From the NCBI GenBank assembly GCA_016926555.1, contig JAFGOI010000008.1, positions 12,821 to 76,820 of the forward strand: DNA of 64,000 bases, in the 5' to 3' direction. The notes below the pieces were generated by a model, which searched no databases, was not told where the DNA came from, and saw only the letters and a list, made by a program, of their open reading frames with translations. Shown here one piece after another: positions 39,429 to 49,186 of the stretch. A program made the translations under genes and the position numbers. Numbering within the stretch: the first letter of the stretch is position 1; each line of letters starts with the position of its first letter. Origin of the DNA: Patescibacteria group bacterium (lineage in GTDB: Bacteria; Patescibacteriota; WWE3; UBA101185; UBA10185).

Positions 39429-40622
39429 TTAAATCCCCTTAATGAATCTACTTCTCAATTCGTAAATCAAGGAAAAGGTCGGCTTATAAACTAATACGGG
39501 ATCCAGCCACACCCTTCCGCCAAAAGTAGCGGGCTCTTTCAGACCTTTATTCCATATCGCTAAATAAAAGCACAAAAATACATATAGAACAGTCATAGAA
39601 ACAAAGTGTTTTTTAAGTTTATTCTTAAAAATAGTTGCACTTCCTAAATATATAAAAGGAGTACCCCATATAAAATGGGTTCTATTTAGCACAGGCGTAA
39701 ACAAATAATAAACAGAAAAAGAAGTTATTATTAGTATCCAGATATTATTAACTTTCTTCTTAAAAAACAAATACAACGGCAAAATTTGCGCTCCCAGCAA
39801 AGCACACATCGTATAGATTTCGTTAAACTCCGCCTGGTAGAAATTAACTCCATAATCCTGGAGATAATAGGTAAAAGTACCAAAAAAGGGCCGGCCCTGA
39901 ATACTCCTACTTCCATGAACAAGCAAAGCACCATTTATATACAGCATAGCGTCTTGTACAGACGTGATAAAGGGTAGAGAAAGAAGTATCGTTATCAAAA
40001 AACCTCCTAAAATAAACTTTTTCAGATCTTTTGTCTTTATTAAAAATATTGAGATTAGTATTATAGGAAATGTTTTTAAAGTGACCGATAACGCGTACAT
40101 CACACCCGATATAAAATCTTTTTTCCCTACAGTAAAAACACTTATCAGCAGAAACAACACGGGCAGCACATCATAATTTGTATACTCGTATTTCATAAAA
40201 AAATACGGATGTATAAACCAGAATAACAAACCAAAAATAATCACAGAGTAGGGAAACTTTTCCTTCTTTAAAATTTTACAAAGCAAAATACCCACAATTA
40301 TATCCGCTATAAGAACGGGAACTTTCCACATATACTTTGTCGGTAAATCAAGATCAAAAATCATATTCACTTTTGTAAAAAAAGTCTGAATGTATAAAAG
40401 AGTAGGCATATAAGAGTATCCATGTTTAAGTTTTTCATCTTCAAACGACTGGACAGTGTATATATAAGGATTCACGCCGCCAAGAAAATTCATAACCGTG
40501 GTTTTAAATGTACTGTGATCACCACCTTCTTGATCAAAAACTAATAGTCTCAAAATTACAGATATCACAAAAATGAACAAGATCACCGCTTTGTAGAATC
40601 TTTCCAAACTTTGCACTTTCAT
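39429..40622 (-). CDS. GT87/DUF2029-like GT-C mannosyltransferase
   Basis: Motifs NPY, HGYSYMP, WKVPVLIAD, KTFPIIL and IQGRP; paralog of 25189-26286. Confidence 0.75.
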   Translation of the reverse strand: MKVQSLERFYKAVILFIFVISVILRLLVFDQEGGDHSTFKTTVMNFLGGVNPYIYTVQSFEDEKLKHGYSYMPTLLYIQTFFTKVNMIFDLDLPTKYMWKVPVLIADIIVGILLCKILKKEKFPYSVIIFGLLFWFIHPYFFMKYEYTNYDVLPVLFLLISVFTVGKKDFISGVMYALSVTLKTFPIILISIFLIKTKDLKKFILGGFLITILLSLPFITSVQDAMLYINGALLVHGSRSIQGRPFFGTFTYYLQDYGVNFYQAEFNEIYTMCALLGAQILPLYLFFKKKVNNIWILIITSFSVYYLFTPVLNRTHFIWGTPFIYLGSATIFKNKLKKHFVSMTVLYVFLCFYLAIWNKGLKEPATFGGRVWLDPVLVYKPTFSLIYELRSRFIKGI

Positions 40623-40717
40623 ATACTAATTCCAATAAAATCAATATAATTATACACAACTATTTTGTAACGCCCTTTTATACAATATGTATATTATTGA
40701 GATAAAATTAAACTGGG

Positions 40718-42226
40718 ATGCTATCTAAGCTCAAGATTAAAAAACTGCAATTTACAGATATATTGTTTGTGATTACCCTAATCATCTACGCGTTCTTTGG
40801 GTACAGCAGAATAGGGAAGGCTTCAATAAATAATGACGCCCAATTCTGGTATACAAGAACGCAAAACTTTATTGACGCAGTACAAGAAAAAAGATGGGGA
40901 GAGACTCTTCAAAATCCAAAACCGGGAATCACGGTTCACTGGCTCTCCGGATTAAGTTTGGAAACTTTCTTGAGTTTGTACGAAAAGATATATCACTTTA
41001 GACCGGACATCTATACTTACGATACTTTTCATCTTGTTCACTTTTCAGTTATCGCACCTTTAATAACCGTAAATGTTGTTTTCATCGCGGTTTTTTACTT
41101 CTTGTGCAGTAAGATATTTTCTAAGGAGATTAGTCTTTTAGGTGTAATTCTTTTTAGTATGCAACCATTTTATGTTGGTATATCGAGAAATTTCCACTCC
41201 GATAGTATATTAGCTGCATTTATGACTTTATCCTCCATTATCCTTATTTACTACTTAAACAAAAAACCAATTGTTAAATACGCTATTTTTTCCGGAGTCT
41301 TCGCCGGTCTGGCTCTTTTAAGTAAATCATCCGCTGTTTTTCTGCTGCCATATATTTCTCTACTGCTATTACTGGATTTCGCTTTTAATAGAAGACCGCT
41401 CAAGTTTTATATCTCATCCTTCCTTTTATGGCTGATCACATGCTCAATCACTTTTTTTATCTTACTGCCCGATATGTGGATCGAACCTGCACAAAACTTA
41501 AAGGAAATATTCATTTACGAAGGGTACTTCCTGGCAACAACAGGAAGAGATGGTATTAACAACTTTTTCTACTACATTGAACCTATTTTAAGAGTGACAA
41601 CACCTATATTGTTAATGTGTTTTTTGACAAGCATTCTATATTTCATAGTCAACAGAAAAGAATTTAGACTAAAAAAAGAAACCTCGATTTTCTACATATT
41701 TTGCTATACCTTTTTTTATCTTCTACAAATATCTATCACAAAGCAAAAAATGGATAGGTATTTACTCCCCGTATTTCCCTTTATTGCACTACTAAGCGGT
41801 TACGGGATTATTAATTTTATCGATAAACATTTAAAAACCCACAAATACAATATTTTTCTACTACTTTTCATCGCCAACTTTATATTTATTCTAAGCTACT
41901 ACCCAAATTACTTAATATACCCAAGTCAAAAAGGCAAAGACCAATTTGGATGCTCGTTGTGCAGTGATATAGGTGAATATCTAAACAACAAACCAAACGC
42001 TTCCGATCTCAAAGTTATAAGCCTATCCGACAAAGTGCACAGAATTAAACCATTTGTTAAGGGAAAAGTATATACAATACACGAAATACTACCAGCAGGA
42101 TGGACTGCAGAGTACTTGATAGCTGCAAAAGATGAAACACTCCCAAATGAGTATCAACATTGTATTATAGAAAAAACCATTTCTTTTAAAGGAGTAGAGT
42201 ATTGGGATATTTATAGGTGCAAATAG
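40718..42226 (+). CDS. GT-C fold (ArnT/PMT-like) glycosyltransferase
   Basis: Motifs DAQFW...KPGIT, LSK and KMDRYLLP; paralog of 23537-25033. Confidence 0.8.
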   Translation: MLSKLKIKKLQFTDILFVITLIIYAFFGYSRIGKASINNDAQFWYTRTQNFIDAVQEKRWGETLQNPKPGITVHWLSGLSLETFLSLYEKIYHFRPDIYTYDTFHLVHFSVIAPLITVNVVFIAVFYFLCSKIFSKEISLLGVILFSMQPFYVGISRNFHSDSILAAFMTLSSIILIYYLNKKPIVKYAIFSGVFAGLALLSKSSAVFLLPYISLLLLLDFAFNRRPLKFYISSFLLWLITCSITFFILLPDMWIEPAQNLKEIFIYEGYFLATTGRDGINNFFYYIEPILRVTTPILLMCFLTSILYFIVNRKEFRLKKETSIFYIFCYTFFYLLQISITKQKMDRYLLPVFPFIALLSGYGIINFIDKHLKTHKYNIFLLLFIANFIFILSYYPNYLIYPSQKGKDQFGCSLCSDIGEYLNNKPNASDLKVISLSDKVHRIKPFVKGKVYTIHEILPAGWTAEYLIAAKDETLPNEYQHCIIEKTISFKGVEYWDIYRCK

Positions 42227-42499
42227 ACAAACCACATCGTAGGAGTAAAAATAGGTAAGTATATCCTATTGCCCCAATTTAAAACGAACACAATTTTATT
42301 TTCAAAGATAAATCAAGGATCGTAAAGACAAAATTAGTCACTTATGATACCAAAACCCTTTATATAGTTGATTGTGAAAAAAACCTCGAGAAAATTTCGC
42401 ACGACGTACCACTAACAAACCAGTTACAGAGAGGATGGCAGGCAGGTCTTCGAAAGGAGTTCATTGAATATGCGCCTAAGGAACTGACCGCCAATAGAT

Positions 42500-42910
42500 T
42501 TGAACAACAAACGAGGTATGTTAAAAAGTGTAGATAAGGACGCTAAAGAGTTATCTTTATCAATAGCAAAGGGGATTTCAAATGAAGATGCAACCCCTTA
42601 CGTAAACCAAGAACTAGAGAATTTAATGATACAGAAAAGTGACTTGGAAGATGAGATTGAAAAAATTGAGGAGAAACTTCAAAAAGTTGAAGTTGATGTC
42701 ATAAGTCTCGACCAATTCTTGAACTTGTCGAAAAATGCTCCTAATACAATCAGAAATGGAGATGCCGTACTAAAAGATGCAATTTGCAGATTTATATTCT
42801 TGAACATTGATATTGGAGTTGACGAAGTGTTGTCATATAAGCTCAAAGAGCCATTTGATACCCTTATAAAACAGCGTAAAAAATCCAATGGTCGGGGTGG
42901 TCGGACTTGA
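42500..42910 (+). pseudogene. C-terminal remnant of a probable large serine recombinase, reading into tRNA-Pro
   Basis: Coiled coil followed by KDAICRFIFLN...LKEPFDTL...GRGGRT*. The last codons are the antisense of the tRNA 3' end; there is no catalytic N-terminal domain. Confidence 0.55.
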
Positions 42911-42966
42911 ACCGACGACCTCACGGTCCCAAACCGTGCACTCTAATCCAACTGAGCTACACCCCG
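42889..42966 (-). tRNA. tRNA-Pro (TGG)
   Basis: Reverse complement reads CGGGGTG...CACGG-TTTGGGA-CCGTG...GTTCAAGTC...CACCCCG-A-CCA. Confidence 0.96.
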
Positions 42967-43126
42967 CTAACTAAAATAGATATTAAATCCAAAGAAAGTA
43001 TAACAGAAGCGATTTTATAACAAAATTGACATTAAACCAACAAAATGGTTCCTTTAAAATAGGCATTTCCGCCGGCTTAAGCAAACCCGAAGATATTTGT
43101 TAACTTCTCACACAATGTGCTAGGCT

Positions 43127-43942
43127 ATGTGTGTGACTTCTAAAAACTCGAAGAAATTTTTCCAAAGAGACGGCAAACCTTTAAACAACACCATAGAAAC
43201 AATTAGTATTGTCCCAACATCCGAAATTCACATAAATCAGGCTATCTTTGATGAACTAAACAGTCCGCCAAAACCAAATAATCTGAGAAATCTTCTGAGT
43301 GAGAAGTTTGAGAAATTCGTGGATTCAAAGCCTAAACTGCCACTTCCTAACATCAAATCGTTCTCTCTACTTAAACTGAGCTCCTTTTCAGCAGCATCAC
43401 TTGCTATAGCGATAATTGTACTACTAGTAATACCGCTAAAGATAAAACCGAGGATAGACGCATACTCAATATATTCATCAAAACCGTTAACAATGGATGA
43501 GATGACTTATGACATCTATACGAAGGATTCCCGTTCTCAAAGAATAAATGAGGTGTTCAAAGAATACGGATGCCCGCTGGAGGGGATGGGGGAGACCTTT
43601 GTGCATGAGGCCGACGAAAACGACATTCCGTGGTGGATCGTAGCTGCTATAGCCTTTCAGGAGTCAAGTTGCGGCAAAAACTCGCCAAAAATTGATGGAC
43701 AGGAATCATATAATGCATGGGGATGGGCTGTTTACGGCGAGAGCGTACACTCTTTTGATAACTGGGCAAGAGGCATAGAAACTGTTTCTAAGTACTTATC
43801 TAATAGATTTTACTCTCAGGGCATAACTAATACCTGCGAAATAATGAAAATTTACACGCCTCCATCCAACGGCTCCTGGTGTGAAGGAGTTGAGCACTTC
43901 AAAGAGCTGATAGTTAACTATAAATCTCCCGCTGCAGAATAA
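43127..43942 (+). CDS. Membrane-anchored lysozyme-like (glucosaminidase/SLT-like) protein
   Basis: Motifs AAIAFQESSCGK, YNAWGW and IYTPP. Confidence 0.7.
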   Translation: MCVTSKNSKKFFQRDGKPLNNTIETISIVPTSEIHINQAIFDELNSPPKPNNLRNLLSEKFEKFVDSKPKLPLPNIKSFSLLKLSSFSAASLAIAIIVLLVIPLKIKPRIDAYSIYSSKPLTMDEMTYDIYTKDSRSQRINEVFKEYGCPLEGMGETFVHEADENDIPWWIVAAIAFQESSCGKNSPKIDGQESYNAWGWAVYGESVHSFDNWARGIETVSKYLSNRFYSQGITNTCEIMKIYTPPSNGSWCEGVEHFKELIVNYKSPAAE

Positions 43943-43991
43943 CCTGTAGTATTTGCGGCTACACCCAAAAAATGATATAATTTCAATTCAT

Positions 43992-44570
43992 ATGCGGATA
44001 AAACTTAGAATTTACAGCTCAATAATTACCCCTGCGGCCATTTTAATGGCTCTGTTTACGTTGCTTAGTTTTAGTTCTTCTAACAGCAAAAACGCTATAA
44101 ATGGCCCGTTATTTTCGGATAAAATCGCGGTTTCAGAGGTAAATAGGGTAGAAGTACTAGAAAACTTCTTTGATAACTACAATTCACCTCTAAGAGATCA
44201 CGCGGACACTTTTGTTGAAGTAGCCGATAAATATGGTATGGACTACACAATACTCCCCGCTATTTCGTGTATGGAATCTACATGCGGAAAATACATGATA
44301 CCGGGCTCTTATAATCCTTTTGGATGGGGTATTCATGGAAATAGCTCCATTGCTTTCAACAGCTTCGATGAGGCAATAGAGACTGTAGGAAAAGGCATGA
44401 GTGACATTTATCTTTCAAAAGGCCTGGATACACCTGACAAAATAGCCCCTGTTTATACACCTCCTAACTCCAATGGATGGCTAAAAGGTGTTAATTTCTT
44501 TATCGAACAAATAGATAAAGAAGAGGTATCTAATCAAGTTAGATTAGCGAGCAATTTAGAATTACACTAA
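43992..44570 (+). CDS. Lysozyme-like protein, paralog of the upstream gene
   Basis: Motifs PAISCMESTCGK, YNPFGWG and VYTPP. Confidence 0.7.
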   Translation: MRIKLRIYSSIITPAAILMALFTLLSFSSSNSKNAINGPLFSDKIAVSEVNRVEVLENFFDNYNSPLRDHADTFVEVADKYGMDYTILPAISCMESTCGKYMIPGSYNPFGWGIHGNSSIAFNSFDEAIETVGKGMSDIYLSKGLDTPDKIAPVYTPPNSNGWLKGVNFFIEQIDKEEVSNQVRLASNLELH

Positions 44571-44691
44571 ATTCGCAGAGAAAATGTTGATACCTTACCA
44601 GGACAAACTTATAAGTATCAAACACAGAAAGGAATTCACTACAATCCTTTCTGCACTGAAAAATACATAGTATAATCGTAACGCTACTCCA

Positions 44692-44776
44692 GGGCGAGTG
44701 GCGGAATTGGTATACGCGCACGGCTTAGAACCGTGTTCCTTGCGGATTGTGGGTTCGAGTCCCACCTCGCCCACCA
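44692..44776 (+). tRNA. tRNA-Leu (TAG)
   Basis: Acceptor stem GGGCGAG/CTCGCCC, CACGG-CTTAGAA-CCGTG, long variable arm, CCA. Confidence 0.96.
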
Positions 44777-44923
44777 AAAGTCGAATTTGATTTCACAAAA
44801 GAATTCTACAATTTACAGAAGATTTGCCTTTTACACGAAGTTGGACAAAAAAACATTAAAGCACAAATAGCTTTTATTATTCGCAAGTTCATCACCAAGA
44901 TATTTGTAGATTTTTTCGTGAGA

Positions 44924-45523
44924 TTACCGGTTATAAGTATAGGAACAATACCATTCCCCTCCAATGCAGTATGCCTCTTTGCCATGATACCCCTGACAAT
45001 GTATCATCTTCTCTCCACCCCTATCTAAACACTCTTGAAAATTATGATCATCCTCATAAATCCTTATACTACACTCCTCTTTGTCATATCTGTCCTTCAA
45101 TTCCAACACAAATACATAAGGACTTACCATACACTCATCAAAATCCTTGGGAAATCCTTTTAAAATATTCTTGTCATTTTGAAAATTAATATTACATATA
45201 ATCCTGTCGTGATCATCAGGACTATAAGAAACAGAAGAGATTTTTACTGTGCCACCATTACGTCTGCATGCGTCCTCATCCATTGTTTCTATGGGTACTT
45301 CTATCCCGCATGATACTGTTGACGTTAAATTAGGCAGTTTATACTTAATATCTAATAAACATTCTTCATAGTTAGTTGGTATCGACACTGATTTATCGAC
45401 AATTTCATTTTCAGTGCCACTTATTTTTATTTGCTCTTTCTGCAACAAAATCGTTATAAGTAAAGCAAATGAAATACCAAACACTGCTATTAATGATTTA
45501 ATCGTTTTTCTAATATCACTCAT
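44924..45523 (-). CDS. Cys-rich membrane-anchored hypothetical protein
   Basis: TM anchor; repeats NYEECL, DFDECM and NFQECL..GG. Confidence 0.7.
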   Translation of the reverse strand: MSDIRKTIKSLIAVFGISFALLITILLQKEQIKISGTENEIVDKSVSIPTNYEECLLDIKYKLPNLTSTVSCGIEVPIETMDEDACRRNGGTVKISSVSYSPDDHDRIICNINFQNDKNILKGFPKDFDECMVSPYVFVLELKDRYDKEECSIRIYEDDHNFQECLDRGGEKMIHCQGYHGKEAYCIGGEWYCSYTYNR

Positions 45524-45587
45524 AAACTCATAAAAAGATGCTCAATCAAATTATAATAGCTTTAAGTATAGTTGTATAATTATCGTA

Positions 45588-47267
45588 ATGAAGAAAATAT
45601 TATTATTTACCTTCTTATCAGTTACTATACTTGCTATTTTCAATAAACACAGCTTTGGCTACGAAACTGAGAAAATTGAATTCTACGACAATTTAATTGA
45701 GATAAATAAAAACGGTACTATTAATGTGACCGAAAGAATCACTTACAACTTCGGAAGTAACGAAAAACATGGAATAACAAGAGAAATCCCCCTAATAAAA
45801 ACAAACGATGAGGGCAAGAATTTTATACTAACTATAAATAATGTCGAAGTTGAGAATTATCCAGCTGAAATTACTAAATCTAGAAAACATCTCAGTTTAA
45901 GAATAGGGGATCCGGACAAACTTATTTCAGGAACACACACATACACAATAAACTATCAGGTTGTAGGTGCTCTAACTTATTTTGAGGACCATGACGAACT
46001 ATTCTGGAATACGGTGGGAACCGAATCCGAGGTTCCTGTAACCAGAACAACAACTAAACTGATACTTCCGCATGATATTAAGGATGGAGTAGATTATATC
46101 TGCTACACCGGTGTAAAAGACTCAAAAGAAAGCAACTGTGATATTCAAAGAGTAAATGAAGCAATTTTCTTCAATAGTACAAAACCGCTCGAAGTAAATG
46201 AGACTTTAACGATAGCAGTGAAATTTCCAAAGGGATACGCTGATGTACTGCTGCCAAAAGAGGACAGATTTGATATTTTTATAGCAATAGTAGTTATTGT
46301 CCTATTAACTTTATACGTTCTATGGAACGTAGTAGTTCCTATATTGACTTTCTTAAAATGGCGCAAGGATAGGGTAAACACCAGGAACCACCAGCAAATT
46401 GTTGCAGCATGGTTTGAGCCGCCTGAGCGCGAAGACAGAAAGAAGTTTTCGCCTGCGGAAACGCTTGCTATAATAAGCAAATCAACAAATCACTCCGCTA
46501 TATCAGCAACAATAATTTATCTTGCTCAACAGGGGTTCTTTACAATATCTGTGGACGAAAAGGGCAAGGTAGCTTTCAAGAAAAAAACAGACACCTCCAG
46601 CAGTAAAAAGAACTTAACTCAGTTTGAAAAAGACATACTGAACTCGGTTACCGATAAAGACAAAGATTCTATTGATCTGGAAACACTAAAAAAATCGACT
46701 AAATTCTATAAAGTAATTGCCTCATTCCAAAATAAGGTATTAAACCACCTTTACGAAAACGGATATTTTCAAGACGATCCCAAGAAAATTCAAAATAAGT
46801 ATATGATTCTGTTTGTTTTGGCTATGATTACTATATCTTTGCTCCCAATGTTCACGTTCATACTACTCGGATACAAATCCTTCGCAAAGACCCTTAAAGG
46901 AATACAAAAATACTCGGAGGCGCTTTCTTTGAAGAATTTCCTATCGTCACAAGACGAACAGCTTAATTTTCAGTCCAAAAATCAGATGTTTTTCGAAAAG
47001 CTGCTACCATACGCAACAGCATTCGGTGTCGAAAAAGTCTGGGCTGATAGATTTTCTGATTTGAAATTCACACAATCTGATTGGTGTGAAGGTGATATCC
47101 TAAACGCTACAACATATTCCACGCTAAGCAGAACTATAGACAGCGGCGTGACATCGGCTAAAACATACGGAAGCAGCGGAAAAAGCCGCTCAGGGTTCTC
47201 AAGCGGCTTCTCATCCGGAGGTTCTTCCGGCGGGGGAGGCGGCGGAGGAAGTGTCGGAAGCTGGTAA
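45588..47267 (+). CDS. DUF2207 family membrane protein
   Basis: GTINVTERITY, DELFWN, FEKLLPYATAFGV and a Gly/Ser-rich tail ending GGGGSVGSW. Confidence 0.9.
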   Translation: MKKILLFTFLSVTILAIFNKHSFGYETEKIEFYDNLIEINKNGTINVTERITYNFGSNEKHGITREIPLIKTNDEGKNFILTINNVEVENYPAEITKSRKHLSLRIGDPDKLISGTHTYTINYQVVGALTYFEDHDELFWNTVGTESEVPVTRTTTKLILPHDIKDGVDYICYTGVKDSKESNCDIQRVNEAIFFNSTKPLEVNETLTIAVKFPKGYADVLLPKEDRFDIFIAIVVIVLLTLYVLWNVVVPILTFLKWRKDRVNTRNHQQIVAAWFEPPEREDRKKFSPAETLAIISKSTNHSAISATIIYLAQQGFFTISVDEKGKVAFKKKTDTSSSKKNLTQFEKDILNSVTDKDKDSIDLETLKKSTKFYKVIASFQNKVLNHLYENGYFQDDPKKIQNKYMILFVLAMITISLLPMFTFILLGYKSFAKTLKGIQKYSEALSLKNFLSSQDEQLNFQSKNQMFFEKLLPYATAFGVEKVWADRFSDLKFTQSDWCEGDILNATTYSTLSRTIDSGVTSAKTYGSSGKSRSGFSSGFSSGGSSGGGGGGGSVGSW

Positions 47268-47320
47268 GACTCCATTTAATGCCGACTTACATATAAAAAC
47301 TGTGCTAAAATAACTCCGTT

Positions 47321-48232
47321 ATGCAAGTAAAAGTTGAAAAACAACCTAAATCGACAGTTAAACTTACTGTTACTATACCCTTGAAGGATGTGAAATCCGC
47401 ACGCGAAGAGGTTATTGAGGAACAAGCTAAAACTGCGAATATCCAAGGCTTCAGAAGGGGAATGGCGCCAAAGGAGATTGTAGAGGAAAAATTAGGCATA
47501 GAAAAAATAAAAGGACTGGTAATAAATAAGATTTTAAAAAAAGGTTATACACAAGCACTAAAGGAAAATCATATCGCTGCCATATCAAACCCGAAGGTTG
47601 AGATTAAGGAATTTGATATAAACAAGGATTTCGAATTTACAGCTTTGGTCGCAACAAGGCCGGATGTGAAACTGAAAGACTACAAAAAAAAGCTCAGAAA
47701 AAGATACGAAAACAAAGTTGAACAGACAAAAAAAGATCTTGAAAAGATAAACAAGGAAAAACTAGCAAAGGGCGAAAAACTTGCAGAAGCAAAGGCACAA
47801 CTGAGCACAAGTGATGTTCTAGAAATATTAAACGAAGAATCCGAAGTTGAAATTCCTGATCTACTAATCGAAGAAGAAACGGATAGAATGATGTCTAAAC
47901 TAATAGATCAGACACAAAATCTTGGCATGTCAATAGAACAGTACCTAAGAGCCCAAAACAAAACAGCCGACGAACTGCGGGAAGACTATAGACAGGTAGC
48001 TGAAAAAAGCATAAAAGCCGAATTTGTGCTGGGACATCTAACTCAAGAAGAAAAAGTAGACGCAACGGATGAGGAAATCTTAGAGACTTTTAAAACCGCT
48101 GGATTACCCGACGCAAAAGAAAGACTTAATAATCCTCTAGAAAAAGCTTATGTAAAAAGTATCCTCCAAAAAAATAAATTACTTACAAAATTAATGGAGG
48201 AAGCAGAAGGAGAACAAAAAGATGAGCATTAA
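47321..48232 (+). CDS. tig: Trigger factor lacking the FKBP PPIase domain
   Basis: GFRRGMAP ribosome-binding signature; 303 aa; upstream of clpP. Confidence 0.88.
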   Translation: MQVKVEKQPKSTVKLTVTIPLKDVKSAREEVIEEQAKTANIQGFRRGMAPKEIVEEKLGIEKIKGLVINKILKKGYTQALKENHIAAISNPKVEIKEFDINKDFEFTALVATRPDVKLKDYKKKLRKRYENKVEQTKKDLEKINKEKLAKGEKLAEAKAQLSTSDVLEILNEESEVEIPDLLIEEETDRMMSKLIDQTQNLGMSIEQYLRAQNKTADELREDYRQVAEKSIKAEFVLGHLTQEEKVDATDEEILETFKTAGLPDAKERLNNPLEKAYVKSILQKNKLLTKLMEEAEGEQKDEH

Positions 48233-48845
48233 CCAAACTTTAGTACCAATTGTCGTAGAAAAAGAACCGGGTGGTTTTGAAAGATCTTACGATATTTACT
48301 CAAGACTACTCAAAGACTTTATTGTATTTGTTACAGGACAGGTCGATATGGAAATGGCCAACACTTTTATTGCCCAAATGCTTTTTCTGGAAAGCCAGAA
48401 CCCTGAAAGAGACATAAGTGTTTATATAAACTCACCCGGAGGAGTAGCCTATGCTGGAAGAGCAATGTATGACACCGTAAAACATGTGAAAAACCCTGTT
48501 AGAACAATAAATGTGGGCTTAGCAGCATCAGCAGCCGCATTGATCTTGGGCTCCGGCACAAAAGGAAAAAGGTTTTCTTTGCCGGGATCATATACAATGA
48601 TTCATCAGGTTCTGGGAGGCGTAGAAGGACAAGCAACCGATATTGAAATTACTGCTAATCACATGATAAGACTTAAGCACCAATATGCTGAATGTATAGC
48701 AAAAGATACAGGGCAGCCAGTCAAAAAAGTCCTTGATGATATTGAGAGGGACAATTGGATGGATGCAGAAGCTACACTAAAATATGGAATTGTAGATAAG
48801 ATTATGGATCCCAGGAAGAATGACGAGGGGAGAAAAGACAAATAG
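48222..48845 (+). CDS. clpP: ATP-dependent Clp protease proteolytic subunit
   Basis: Motifs DIYSRLL, YINSPGG, GLAASAA, MIHQ and ERDNWM. Confidence 0.96.
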   Translation: MSINQTLVPIVVEKEPGGFERSYDIYSRLLKDFIVFVTGQVDMEMANTFIAQMLFLESQNPERDISVYINSPGGVAYAGRAMYDTVKHVKNPVRTINVGLAASAAALILGSGTKGKRFSLPGSYTMIHQVLGGVEGQATDIEITANHMIRLKHQYAECIAKDTGQPVKKVLDDIERDNWMDAEATLKYGIVDKIMDPRKNDEGRKDK

Positions 48846-48894
48846 AGAAATATTGTTGAGCCCGAAAAAGTTTTGATTTATATTTCTACTGCTA

Positions 48895-48971
48895 GACCGG
48901 GTAGCTCAGTTGGTTAGAGCGCCACGTTGACATCGTGGAGGTCACAGGTTCGAGTCCTGTCTCGGTCACCA
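48895..48971 (+). tRNA. tRNA-Val (GAC)
   Basis: Acceptor stem GACCGGG/CTCGGTC, CCACG-TTGACAT-CGTGG, CCA. Confidence 0.96.
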
Positions 48972-49160
48972 GAGAAAGGTGTATATCACCTTTAGGTGAT
49001 AGACAGCTCTCTAGTGAGAGAGACTGGACGAGAATAATTCGGACTGAGTGACCCCGAGTATTCGAGGGAACGAGGGAGAGGGGGTTGCGTGCTTTTGTAT
49101 GTTACGAACGAAGAGAGTTACAGACAAAAGACATGTAACCGAGTCCTGTCTCGGTCACCA
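48951..49160 (+). mobile_element. Non-coding mini-element at tRNA-Val, flanked by 21-bp direct repeats of the tRNA 3' end
   Basis: CGAGTCCTGTCTCGGTCACCA at both 48951-48971 and 49140-49160; the interior is palindromic. Confidence 0.75.
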
Positions 49161-49186
49161 TGAACAGGTAACCATAGAAAAGAAAG

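Noticed and set aside
32949-44777. ORF-track entries starting in or overlapping tRNAs (N-terminus of 32949, 42679-42924, 44595-44777, 44747-45028)
   Set aside because: They translate tRNA sequence. Only the HD fragment from ATG 33039 is retained.
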